37,286 nucleotides of DNA from a virus (Duplodnaviria > Caudoviricetes): the IMG/VR virus record IMGVR_UViG_3300028829_004751, positions 1 through 37,286 of that record, one strand, 5' to 3'. Position 1 is the stretch's first letter. Every line of letters starts with the position of its first letter. This document shows positions 1 through 8,099 of this stretch, piece after piece. The notes beneath the pieces were generated by a model. That model saw only the letters and a program-made list of their open reading frames with translations, was not told the DNA's origin and did no database searches. A program made the translations under genes and the position numbers.

Positions 1-284
1 TAATCTATAGTATTATCTACAACAGCATCTTTCATATTAATTTTATTTTCTGCTTCTTGTAGTCTAAGTTCTAAAGTTTTAAGTCTTTTAGATAACTCCG
101 GAAACTTAGCCATTCTTTTTTTCTCATCTGTTAGAAGTTTTATACCATACCTTTTAGAGGCCCAAGTATATAAACTATCTATTTTATTATAAAACCAAAT
201 ACCTAGTTTAGTATCTCTAAACCAAGAATCTGTGGCTGATCCTATAATAGATCCAGCTATAGAACTTATCAGAAAAAACCACAT
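1..284 (-). CDS. Hypothetical phage protein with hydrophobic N-terminus, truncated at window edge (not in ORF track)
   Basis: Manual translation from ATG at 284: MWFFLISSIAGSIIGSATDSWFRDTKLGIWFY...RLKTLELRLQEAENK..., open to position 1. Confidence 0.7.
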   Translation of the reverse strand, partial: MWFFLISSIAGSIIGSATDSWFRDTKLGIWFYNKIDSLYTWASKRYGIKLLTDEKKRMAKFPELSKRLKTLELRLQEAENKINMKDAVVDNTID

Positions 285-306
285 TAATTATACCACTTTA
301 TTTTTA

Positions 307-660
307 TCATCTATCTAATACTCCATATGAAATTCTTATACCTTTATCACCTAAAACTGATGGTACCAAATCTGTGATATTATCAGGAACTTTATTTTTA
401 GATTGATATTTTCTGGTTGCAGTTAATAATTCTGCCTCCAACATTTCCTTATATTTAAATCCACTCTCAATCTCATAAAAAACATAAAACTCCCAACATG
501 GTGATGTTTTTGAATTTTTGCGTAATGGAGGTTCTATGCGATGTTCTTCAAATTTTGCACCTTTTGCATTGCAATTTTTTATTGCCTCAAAAATTACTGG
601 TAATACTTTTTTTGAAGTAGATTCTGCCTTGGATTTTATTTCTCTACCTTTACCAAACAT
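307..660 (-). CDS. Hypothetical protein
   Basis: 117 aa ORF packed co-directionally with neighbours; no motif recognised. Confidence 0.65.
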   Translation of the reverse strand: MFGKGREIKSKAESTSKKVLPVIFEAIKNCNAKGAKFEEHRIEPPLRKNSKTSPCWEFYVFYEIESGFKYKEMLEAELLTATRKYQSKNKVPDNITDLVPSVLGDKGIRISYGVLDR

Positions 661-666
661 TGAATG

Positions 667-1149
667 TTACCACCACCCTTCTGCCCAACCGATTAACCAA
701 ACACCTGTAAAAATACCAGCTAAAATACCAAATGATAATGCTACCATAATTACACCATTTATTATAGCATGTTTAAACTCTTCGGCAGCATAGATAGTTT
801 CCTCACGTTGTTTTTTTATAGATCTTCTTAATTCTAACATTTCCTCCCAAGTGTTAGGACCGAATCTCATGTTCAACATAAACATAATTTCTTTTTCTTG
901 CTCTTTCATTTTCTTTTTATGAGTAAGAATAGCAAATGCTTCTTCTTCTATAGAGCCAGAGCCCATGAGCTTTGCATGTAATGGGGGATTTTTTCTTTGT
1001 TGCTCTGCTCGATTAATATCATTGAGAGCTCCGAACCATTTTCCTAGTGATTCGGTACAATTCTCCAATTCTTGACCAGCCTGCACAATTTTGGTCAGTC
1101 CTTTATAAGCAGCACTAGCCGCAGCAATTGCTGTTAATGGGTCTATCAT
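667..1149 (-). CDS. Phage membrane-anchored coiled-coil protein (possible holin/lysis accessory)
   Basis: AGGAG RBS; Ala-rich N-terminus MIDPLTAIAAASAA; C-terminal hydrophobic segment; directly after the spanins. Confidence 0.65.
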   Translation of the reverse strand: MIDPLTAIAAASAAYKGLTKIVQAGQELENCTESLGKWFGALNDINRAEQQRKNPPLHAKLMGSGSIEEEAFAILTHKKKMKEQEKEIMFMLNMRFGPNTWEEMLELRRSIKKQREETIYAAEEFKHAIINGVIMVALSFGILAGIFTGVWLIGWAEGWW

Positions 1150-1173
1150 CTTATTCTCCTGGGGGCAGGAAAC

Positions 1174-1527
1174 TTATTCAGTAACGGCCTTTTCGTAATA
1201 GAGCATAACATCGTTAGCTTGCTCTACATATCTTTTTATATCTTCAAAACTATTAGCAAGGTTTTCAAATGATTGAGGAGTTAATCCGTATATGACAAAA
1301 TTACCGTTATTAGCTTTTACTTCTTCAATTACCTCTTCTAAATTATTTTCGGTTATAACAACTATATCAGCATTGTATAAATTAATAGATCTTGGTCTTG
1401 GGACAATAGCTATTGTAGATTTTACTACAACTGGTTCTGAAATAATTTTTTGTGGTTGTAAAAGAGAACAACCACTAATCAGTAGTAAGAGACTGAAGAC
1501 TGTTAAAATATATATTAATTTCTTCAT
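1174..1527 (-). CDS. o-spanin (Rz1-like lipoprotein)
   Basis: Signal peptide MKK+hydrophobic core ending in lipobox LISG-C; overlaps the 3' end of the upstream single-TM coiled-coil gene; follows the endolysin. Confidence 0.75.
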   Translation of the reverse strand: MKKLIYILTVFSLLLLISGCSLLQPQKIISEPVVVKSTIAIVPRPRSINLYNADIVVITENNLEEVIEEVKANNGNFVIYGLTPQSFENLANSFEDIKRYVEQANDVMLYYEKAVTE

Positions 1528-1852
1528 TAATTCGTTGCTCCACTGCTTTAGGATCTAGCAACGAATTTTTAACTATATCTGTTTCAGCTAACATCGTTGC
1601 TATTTTTTTGTTATTTGATTCTGATTGTTGCAATTGTAAATTTAACTCTTGAGACAGTGCCGCTTGCTTTTTAACATCTGCCTCAAGATTCTCAATAGCT
1701 ACTTTTTGTGATTTAGTAACACTTTCAAGTGTAGCAGCATTTTCAATAAGTATGGCCATTTTAGCCTGAGTATTATTAAAATACCAAGCAAAAGCAACTC
1801 CTATAATAGCTATAATGCCTAAAAGTGAAATACTAAGTTTTGCACCCATCAT
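1475..1852 (-). CDS. i-spanin (Rz-like)
   Basis: Single N-terminal TM helix then long coiled coil; lies between endolysin and lipoprotein. Confidence 0.75.
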   Translation of the reverse strand: MMGAKLSISLLGIIAIIGVAFAWYFNNTQAKMAILIENAATLESVTKSQKVAIENLEADVKKQAALSQELNLQLQQSESNNKKIATMLAETDIVKNSLLDPKAVEQRINEEINIYFNSLQSLTTD

Positions 1853-1853
1853 A

Positions 1854-2786
1854 TTACTTCTTAGTACTGATTTTACTATATGAAGGTTTTAAAGTTGTTT
1901 TTTTAGGTGCCGGTTTGGGCGGAGTCTTAGGAATAGATTTAGACTCTGGTTTAAATATTTTACCTAAAGTTTGAGGCCCAGCTATGCCATCAGGAGTACA
2001 ATCATTTTCTCGCTGCCAAGCTTTTACAGCAGCCTCAGTTCCAGGACCAAAATCGCCATCAGCAGAAACTCCAAGAGCTTCTTGTAATTTTTTGACAGCA
2101 GCTCCTTTACTACCTCTTCGTAAAAGTTTATATTTAACATCATCGTCATCTTCTTGAAAATTATAATTACCACCTAAAATTTCCATTGCATGAGCATAAT
2201 GTTTTTTTCTATCAGCTAGACCAATAGTTCCTCCATTAATACGTTTTGTCATACCTACAATATCATTAGCATCACAATATTTATTAATATTATTAGTTTT
2301 CCAGAACCAACATGCTGATTCAATGGCACCTTGTTTTGTTCTCACATATGTAGTAGCTTCTTCAGCAGTCATTCCAATAGATTTGCCAAATTCTGTGTAG
2401 TTATGTCTGCCAGTAAGTTGTAGAATACCACCACCTCTAAAACGCCAGCCATCACCTGATCTATAATCACCATTCTTCATTCTATCTGCATATACACGAT
2501 TAGCTATTTTTTCAGGTTGTCTATGATACTTCTGAGCATCTACTCCTGCTCGTTTAAAATATTTTCCGAATATTGCATCAAGAGCTTTGGCAGAGTAGTT
2601 TAAATTCTCAGTGAGAACTTTATAGTTCATACTTTCATGAGCAGTTTGTGCTACAAAACCAGCAACACGACTAGGGGTAGTAATATCATATTTTGGAAAC
2701 ATCTCCATCATAGCTTGCCACCAATCAGTAGAATCTTCTCTATGTAGTATAGCTTGTAGATGAGTTTTTTTAAAATTAAATTCCAT
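1854..2786 (-). CDS. Modular endolysin: glycoside hydrolase family 19 + PG_binding_1 domain + basic tail
   Basis: AQTAHES, ENLNYS, DGWRFRGGGILQLTGRHNY, TKRINGG motifs; LRRGSKG..VKKLQEAL..DGDFGPGTEAAVKAWQ..DGIAGPQT peptidoglycan-binding motif; AGGAG RBS. Confidence 0.92.
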   Translation of the reverse strand: MEFNFKKTHLQAILHREDSTDWWQAMMEMFPKYDITTPSRVAGFVAQTAHESMNYKVLTENLNYSAKALDAIFGKYFKRAGVDAQKYHRQPEKIANRVYADRMKNGDYRSGDGWRFRGGGILQLTGRHNYTEFGKSIGMTAEEATTYVRTKQGAIESACWFWKTNNINKYCDANDIVGMTKRINGGTIGLADRKKHYAHAMEILGGNYNFQEDDDDVKYKLLRRGSKGAAVKKLQEALGVSADGDFGPGTEAAVKAWQRENDCTPDGIAGPQTLGKIFKPESKSIPKTPPKPAPKKTTLKPSYSKISTKK

Positions 2787-2798
2787 TTATTCTCCTTA

Positions 2799-3140
2799 TT
2801 ATCTTTTTATTCCTTTTACATGCTTCTGTGAGGATGGCGGAGATTTTTTAGAACCACTAGGTCCAGACCAGTATACTTTATTTGACCAGTATGCAGCAGA
2901 CATTTTACCTTTTTTAATATTTTTACCATGTCTAGCTTTAAAACTGGCGCGCGCTTCAGGAGAATAATTATGTCCCATATTAGCATCACCAAAATGAATA
3001 AGTTTAATCTTATCACCATCTTTTGCTAATACCATACCTTTTTTACCTTCTCTATTAGAACGTCTAGGCTTATTAAATCCATCAAAAGTAATATCTCTAT
3101 ATTTAATTTTCCCCGATGGTGTTCTCTCGTAGCTCGCCAT
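2799..3140 (-). CDS. Small basic viral protein, DUF5754-like
   Basis: KLIHFG...R..FKARH...SAAYWS..W pattern recalled from a family shared by phages and NCLDVs. Confidence 0.6.
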   Translation of the reverse strand: MASYERTPSGKIKYRDITFDGFNKPRRSNREGKKGMVLAKDGDKIKLIHFGDANMGHNYSPEARASFKARHGKNIKKGKMSAAYWSNKVYWSGPSGSKKSPPSSQKHVKGIKR

Positions 3141-3321
3141 TTTTATATCTCTCTTCTATCTCACATATAATACTCCATTGTCTAGAAGTTAGTTGTGGAA
3201 ATTTTTTTTGCGCATTTATACAGCCGAGTATAAATTGCTTTTCTTTTATTGTCAATTGCTTATCATCAAAAAATTGCTTAAGATGTTTTCTTATTCTTCG
3301 AGTCTTCAATTTGTACCTCAT
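3103..3321 (-). CDS. Hypothetical protein (start uncertain)
   Basis: 72 aa ORF overlapping both neighbours in the operon direction. Confidence 0.5.
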   Translation of the reverse strand: MRYKLKTRRIRKHLKQFFDDKQLTIKEKQFILGCINAQKKFPQLTSRQWSIICEIEERYKNGELRENTIGEN

Positions 3322-3433
3322 TTTCTGGCATATAATATATAAAAGGATCAGACTTCATTAATTCTTTTTTCTTTGCTTGAAACTCTTTTTCAAATTTCCA
3401 GTCATCATATTTTTCTTGTAACCATTTAAACAT
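3278..3433 (-). CDS. Small hypothetical protein, 51 aa (not in ORF track)
   Basis: Manual translation MFKWLQEKYDDWKFEKEFQAKKKELMKSDPFIYYMPENEVQIEDSKNKKTS*; starts 3 nt after the nuclease stop and fills the gap. Confidence 0.55.
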   Translation of the reverse strand: MFKWLQEKYDDWKFEKEFQAKKKELMKSDPFIYYMPENEVQIEDSKNKKTS

Positions 3434-3436
3434 ATT

Positions 3437-4174
3437 TTATATCTCACTAAGTTTATCAAAAGATAGCCTTCTATTTTTTAATAAAGGTAAAAAAGGAACA
3501 GCACTCTGTTCAAATATTATAGGATCTTTACCGTCAATTGTCATAACAATAGCAATATCCTTAATTCCAGTACCATACATCTCATTATGAGCTACTGCAT
3601 AAGCGCATCCTTGTATATAGTAGTCTGTAATCTGTTTATTATTTTTCTTCTTTTTAGAAGTTTTAAAATCAATAATAGTAGGTTTCCCACGCCAAATACC
3701 TACCATATCAGTCCTACCAGCATATTTATATTTATTAGACCATAGAACTTGTTCTTGTCCCCAAATTTCTTCAACACCTTGTTCAGTAGCTCTAATAAGA
3801 TCTCTAGACATCTGTCTAACATCTAGTTTTTCTTCTCTTAATCTGTCCCATATGTCCTCACCGTTAAAATAATTTTCAGCATACTCATGCACTAAAGTTC
3901 CTCTATCAGTAGCTTCTTTAGAAACTCTAGCAGCTTCTTCTTCTCCTACTCGTTCTTTCCATTTTAATAACCAAGTTTGGTCAGAAGTTTTACCAAGTAT
4001 AGTAGTAATACTTGGGTATGATCCATCAGGAGTATGATATGTTCTACCAGTTGGAAGAGTATCTGTGTCTACTTCTGTAGTATATGTAAACTTTTTTATT
4101 GTAGTCCAGTTAGTCAAAATTATATTCCAATTCTTTAATATCTTTATAAATAAGTAAGTAAAATCATAAATCAA
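3437..4174 (-). CDS. PD-(D/E)XK exonuclease, phage type (true start may be TTG at 4117)
   Basis: YPSITTIL, RGTLVHEYAE, AGRTD, IIDFKTS, YYIQGCAY motifs. Confidence 0.88.
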   Translation of the reverse strand: MIYDFTYLFIKILKNWNIILTNWTTIKKFTYTTEVDTDTLPTGRTYHTPDGSYPSITTILGKTSDQTWLLKWKERVGEEEAARVSKEATDRGTLVHEYAENYFNGEDIWDRLREEKLDVRQMSRDLIRATEQGVEEIWGQEQVLWSNKYKYAGRTDMVGIWRGKPTIIDFKTSKKKKNNKQITDYYIQGCAYAVAHNEMYGTGIKDIAIVMTIDGKDPIIFEQSAVPFLPLLKNRRLSFDKLSEI

Positions 4175-5522
4175 GCTCTCTAAGGTCTTCTAATGTATTA
4201 ACAATAGGTTTTCCTTTAGCATTTAAACTTGTATTAATTAATAATGGAAATCCCCACTTACTTGTTAATGTTAAAATTCTCCATAAAAAAATATTTGAAG
4301 TTTGTGAAACTACTTGTACTCTTGCTGTATTATTATGAGTTTTAAATTCTCCATTCTTTATAGTACCAGTAAATAACATATAAGGACAATTTTTTGTTAA
4401 GTAAAAATAATTATCTGCATCTTCTTCCCGTATAACAGGTGCATAAGGTCTCCAAGAGTCAGTTTCTCTACCTTTTATTTTATTTAGTTTTTCTATGTTC
4501 TTATCATTTGGTAAACATAATAAACTACGATTACCTAAAGCTCTAGGACCAAATTCTGCTCTACCTTCGATAATAGGAACTATTTGATTATCTAAAATTA
4601 AACTAGCATAATGGTCTGCATATAAATTTCTTGTAGAAGAAATTCCTAGATAAGGAGTAAAAGTAATAGGTCTAGAAATTATAGCTGCTGCTCCTAAAGC
4701 ACAACCAGCATCACCAGCTGCTGGTTGAATAGCTATCTCATCAAATCCAGACCATAGTGTTAAATTAGTATTTGCTACACAGTTCAAAGCACAACCACCC
4801 GCGTAAGCTAGATTTGTCATGCCAGTTTCTTGCTGTAACCAACTAGCTAAATTAGCAGATATTGTTTCAAATACATCTTGAACAGAGGCTGCTATGTCCC
4901 AATCTAGAGTTCCAGCTCCAATACCTCTTTCAAGATCTTGTAGAACTGTATAGTCAGCTTTATAATCCCAGTGTAAAATCTTATCCCTAATTAACTGTCG
5001 CCATTTTGGTTTGCCATAAGCTGCTGCAGCCATTACTTGACATTCATCAGATAAAGGTTTAAATCCTAATAATTTAGTAGCAGCAGAATAAAATAATCCT
5101 AAAGAATTAGGATATCTAAAACGTTTAAGCCAAGTAAATTTACCATTCTGAAAAACACCAAGTGATGTAGAATACTTACCTCCAACTGTATCAATTACCA
5201 TAACAGCACACTCATCCCACTTAGTAGTGAGTATAGAACTCATAGCATGAGCTTCATGATGGTCTACTAATATAGGTTTAGCTTTAGTAAGTTTTTTTAT
5301 ATCTGATTTAAATTGATTGTAATATTGTTCTTCATAAAATACTGCATGATCAAAATCATTGCTACTATTCTGTAACCAATTTATAGTATTAATAGGAAAG
5401 CTATTATCGTATTTTTTTCTAGTAAAACGCTCTTCCTGAGATGCACCAATAATAGTTTCATCGTTTATTACAGCTGCAGCACTATCGTGGTGGTATGAGC
5501 TTATCCCTAGTATGTTCATCAA
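4164..5522 (-). CDS. O-carbamoyltransferase (NodU/CmcH/TobZ family)
   Basis: HDSAAA, EERFTRKK, HHEAHA, SLGLFY, AGGCALNCVAN, PAAGDAG, EFGPRALGNRS, RPYAP, NTSLN motifs. Confidence 0.93.
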   Translation of the reverse strand: MMNILGISSYHHDSAAAVINDETIIGASQEERFTRKKYDNSFPINTINWLQNSSNDFDHAVFYEEQYYNQFKSDIKKLTKAKPILVDHHEAHAMSSILTTKWDECAVMVIDTVGGKYSTSLGVFQNGKFTWLKRFRYPNSLGLFYSAATKLLGFKPLSDECQVMAAAAYGKPKWRQLIRDKILHWDYKADYTVLQDLERGIGAGTLDWDIAASVQDVFETISANLASWLQQETGMTNLAYAGGCALNCVANTNLTLWSGFDEIAIQPAAGDAGCALGAAAIISRPITFTPYLGISSTRNLYADHYASLILDNQIVPIIEGRAEFGPRALGNRSLLCLPNDKNIEKLNKIKGRETDSWRPYAPVIREEDADNYFYLTKNCPYMLFTGTIKNGEFKTHNNTARVQVVSQTSNIFLWRILTLTSKWGFPLLINTSLNAKGKPIVNTLEDLRELDL

Positions 5523-6057
5523 AATACCTTTTAAATATAGAAGTTAAATCTTTTTTTGTTTTTCCCAAATAATTAGGAGTATCTATAAAGTCTACAAAAG
5601 CCCATCTATAATTGTCTACTACTGGTTGAATCCTATGAACCATAAAACAAGGAAATAATACTGTTTTTCCTGGTTCAGGATATATGCGGGCTAATATTTT
5701 TTCTGGTGTAGGAGCTGAAAAATCAGTTTCTTTAACTCTAGTAGATTTAGGATTCCAACTACCTATCTCAAACGGTTTTCCATGAGTTAGATAAATCATG
5801 TATGTCCAATAACGTCCAGGTCTTGATGTAGTTAGTTCTTGATTATAAAAATCTAAATTATCAAAGTGCCACTCATAACCTTCTCCAGGTTTTAAAAGTA
5901 TTGCAGTTTTTCTAGCAATTTGACAAACCCATTGAGAAGAGTGTCTTGTATAGCGATTCATGCAATAATTAACTAAATTTTTAGAGCCTTGAGCAATTTG
6001 TAAGTTATAACCAACTGTTACTGCATCTACCCATTCAGGGTCAATGAAATCTTCCAT
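5482..6057 (-). CDS. 2OG-Fe(II) oxygenase (prolyl-4-hydroxylase-like)
   Basis: WHFD (HxD), MIYL, PEPGKTVLFP...HRIQPV...R. Confidence 0.85.
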   Translation of the reverse strand: MEDFIDPEWVDAVTVGYNLQIAQGSKNLVNYCMNRYTRHSSQWVCQIARKTAILLKPGEGYEWHFDNLDFYNQELTTSRPGRYWTYMIYLTHGKPFEIGSWNPKSTRVKETDFSAPTPEKILARIYPEPGKTVLFPCFMVHRIQPVVDNYRWAFVDFIDTPNYLGKTKKDLTSIFKRYFDEHTRDKLIPPR

Positions 6058-6614
6058 CTATATTGTATCTCCGAAGCAAGACGAGGTGCTAAATAATTGT
6101 GCCCAGCTTGATCTATATGACCTCTCCCATCGGGAAAATCTTTAGCTAAATCTCTTAGATAGTATCTCCAAATACACGCACTATCTTTAATCATTGGTTC
6201 ATCAACAATATTAGGTCTGTAAATAGGAACTAACATTAGATTTTTAGGTTTAGCTACTCCTAAAACAGCCTTAACAAAGAGAGCATTTGTTCTTAAATAC
6301 CAAGGCATTTTAGTTATTTTTTTAAACCAAATGTCTTGTACTAATTTTCCCCACTTATCATCTGGCCCCCACCAATAAGGTAATAAATAATCACCATTAC
6401 CTTGAGGATCTACTCTATGATGATGACCAACTAACCAAATTACTTTATATCTATTGACAAGATCATTATCTATGATAAACTCAGCTTGAGCATCTAAAGT
6501 TACACCAGGTTTTTCCCATCTATTTTTTAGACCTAAAATATCAAAGGCTGGTTTGGGTGCTTCTAAACTTGGTATAGACCAAGAATTACCTACAACAAAG
6601 ATTTCATCACTCAT
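6027..6614 (-). CDS. SGNH/GDSL-like hydrolase or acyltransferase
   Basis: N-terminal VVGNSWS, C-terminal DGRGHIDQAGH..LA. Confidence 0.65.
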   Translation of the reverse strand: MSDEIFVVGNSWSIPSLEAPKPAFDILGLKNRWEKPGVTLDAQAEFIIDNDLVNRYKVIWLVGHHHRVDPQGNGDYLLPYWWGPDDKWGKLVQDIWFKKITKMPWYLRTNALFVKAVLGVAKPKNLMLVPIYRPNIVDEPMIKDSACIWRYYLRDLAKDFPDGRGHIDQAGHNYLAPRLASEIQYRWKISLTLNG

Positions 6615-7257
6615 GTATATAGTTTCCTGTGGGGATAGTTTTACTACTGGCCAAGGTCTTGAGAAAAAATCTCAAGCTTATCCATATTTATTATCTAAAG
6701 ATATAACAAATCTTGCTCAAAGCGGCGCTTCTGAATATCTTATTACAACACAAATTGAACAAGCTGTCAAACTAAAACCTGATTTAATCATAGTAGGACA
6801 TACCAGTGAATATAGGTGGCATGTATGGGATTATAGAAGAGAAATGCTTCAAGGTTTTTTAGTAGCAAATTATGTGTTACGGAATGAAAAGTATTATAAA
6901 AACTGGATTTTTTCAGAACAACTATTAGCTACTAGAAGAAAGACAGAAAAACACCAAACTGCTTGGCATGCCGCAGGTATGTTGTATTTTTCAGATGAAG
7001 ATACTGTTAAACATATATGGGCAGCATCAGTAGCTAAACAAATAATCTTAGCCCAAAGAGCTAAGATTCCTTTGATACACCATTGTTGTTTTCCTCATTT
7101 ACAATCAGAGTTAGAAACTTTAACAGATGATTATATTGAATATCATTTAGATTTAGAAAAGCATACAGACTTTGCCCCTGATGGATCACATGCCGGAACA
7201 AAGTCTCATAAAAAATTAGCTGACCTAATTAAGAGCAAGCTTCCACAAAATCTTTAA
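6613..7257 (+). CDS. SGNH/GDSL-like hydrolase or acyltransferase, antisense to the surrounding operon (start reassigned to ATG 6613)
   Basis: CGDSFT, NLAQSGAS, PDLIIVG, PDGSHAG..SH..LA blocks. Confidence 0.78.
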   Translation: MYIVSCGDSFTTGQGLEKKSQAYPYLLSKDITNLAQSGASEYLITTQIEQAVKLKPDLIIVGHTSEYRWHVWDYRREMLQGFLVANYVLRNEKYYKNWIFSEQLLATRRKTEKHQTAWHAAGMLYFSDEDTVKHIWAASVAKQIILAQRAKIPLIHHCCFPHLQSELETLTDDYIEYHLDLEKHTDFAPDGSHAGTKSHKKLADLIKSKLPQNL

Positions 7258-7465
7258 TTTCATCCCATTTTTCTTGTTCTTCATCCATATTCTGTTTACG
7301 AATAATGGTGGCTACTTTAGTGATGGTAGCTACAGGCATACCATATTCATTTTTAATATCTTTTTTAAGTTCTGCAATAGATTCTCTAATTGCTTCTCCT
7401 TGAATCATAAGATCCACAATTCTTGAAATTTCTTTACTTAGTTCTGCTTTAAGTGCTACTTCCAT
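7229..7465 (-). CDS. GapR (DUF2312)/T4 DsbA-like double-stranded DNA-binding protein (start reassigned to ATG 7465)
   Basis: 78 aa all-helical; ELSKEISRI...IRESIAELKKDIKNEYGM...ITKV..IIRKQNMDEEQ pattern; GAGGA RBS. Confidence 0.62.
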   Translation of the reverse strand: MEVALKAELSKEISRIVDLMIQGEAIRESIAELKKDIKNEYGMPVATITKVATIIRKQNMDEEQEKWDEIKDFVEACS

Positions 7466-7466
7466 A

Positions 7467-8099
7467 TTATTCCTCAAAATTAAAATTATTAAAATCGTTT
7501 TCATACCGATTCTGAATAAGTTGTTTATGTTTCTTAGTAAAAAACAAATCTGTATTTGAAACATTAGATTTCTCAATAGAACATTCAAAAGACTTTAAAA
7601 ATGTTTTTAAAGAGTTGTTATCTTTATCAAAATCAAATACTAACTTAGGTATTATAACATTATATGTATCAACTGTAAAAGAACTAATTGACTTAAAATG
7701 GTGATTACATGTGTAATCATTTGTAGTTCCAAATAAATACTCTAAAAAATAAGTTATATCTCTAGCATTAACTGCCTTAATCGAAGAAGAAAGTTCAAAA
7801 AGTCTTTTTGGATCTCTTATAATAAAATGCTTATACAAAGAGGCAATTCTAATATAAGGATGTCTTATTACAGTAAAAGTTATATAATCATTAAAATTAT
7901 TATTTTTAGATATATACATTGCATCTTTATGATTATAAATATAATCATAACGTAGGGCATATTTGTTAATGATTGATTGTTTTAATAAAGCTGCTTTTAT
8001 AGAAGTACTACAACACTTTGTTATACCAAAAAAACATAAGTTATGTTTTTTATATAAACTTATGTTATCAAACTTATTTAAATCAATATTCATTATCAA
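7467..8099 (-). CDS. Sulfotransferase family 2 protein
   Basis: 5'-PSB-like ITKCCSTS and 3'-PB FTVIRHPYIRIASLY motifs; terminal RYENDF..F.F. Confidence 0.8.
   Translation of the reverse strand: MIMNIDLNKFDNISLYKKHNLCFFGITKCCSTSIKAALLKQSIINKYALRYDYIYNHKDAMYISKNNNFNDYITFTVIRHPYIRIASLYKHFIIRDPKRLFELSSSIKAVNARDITYFLEYLFGTTNDYTCNHHFKSISSFTVDTYNVIIPKLVFDFDKDNNSLKTFLKSFECSIEKSNVSNTDLFFTKKHKQLIQNRYENDFNNFNFEE

Noticed and set aside
280-675. Possible third start-codon repeat around ORF 307..660 (GTGGTATAATTAATGT versus GTGGTAACATTCAATGT, minus strand)
   Set aside because: Too short and gapped to distinguish from chance in AT-rich DNA
3437-4174. Cas4/CRISPR association of the nuclease
   Set aside because: No four-Cys Fe-S motif, no other cas genes and no repeat-spacer array seen in the window
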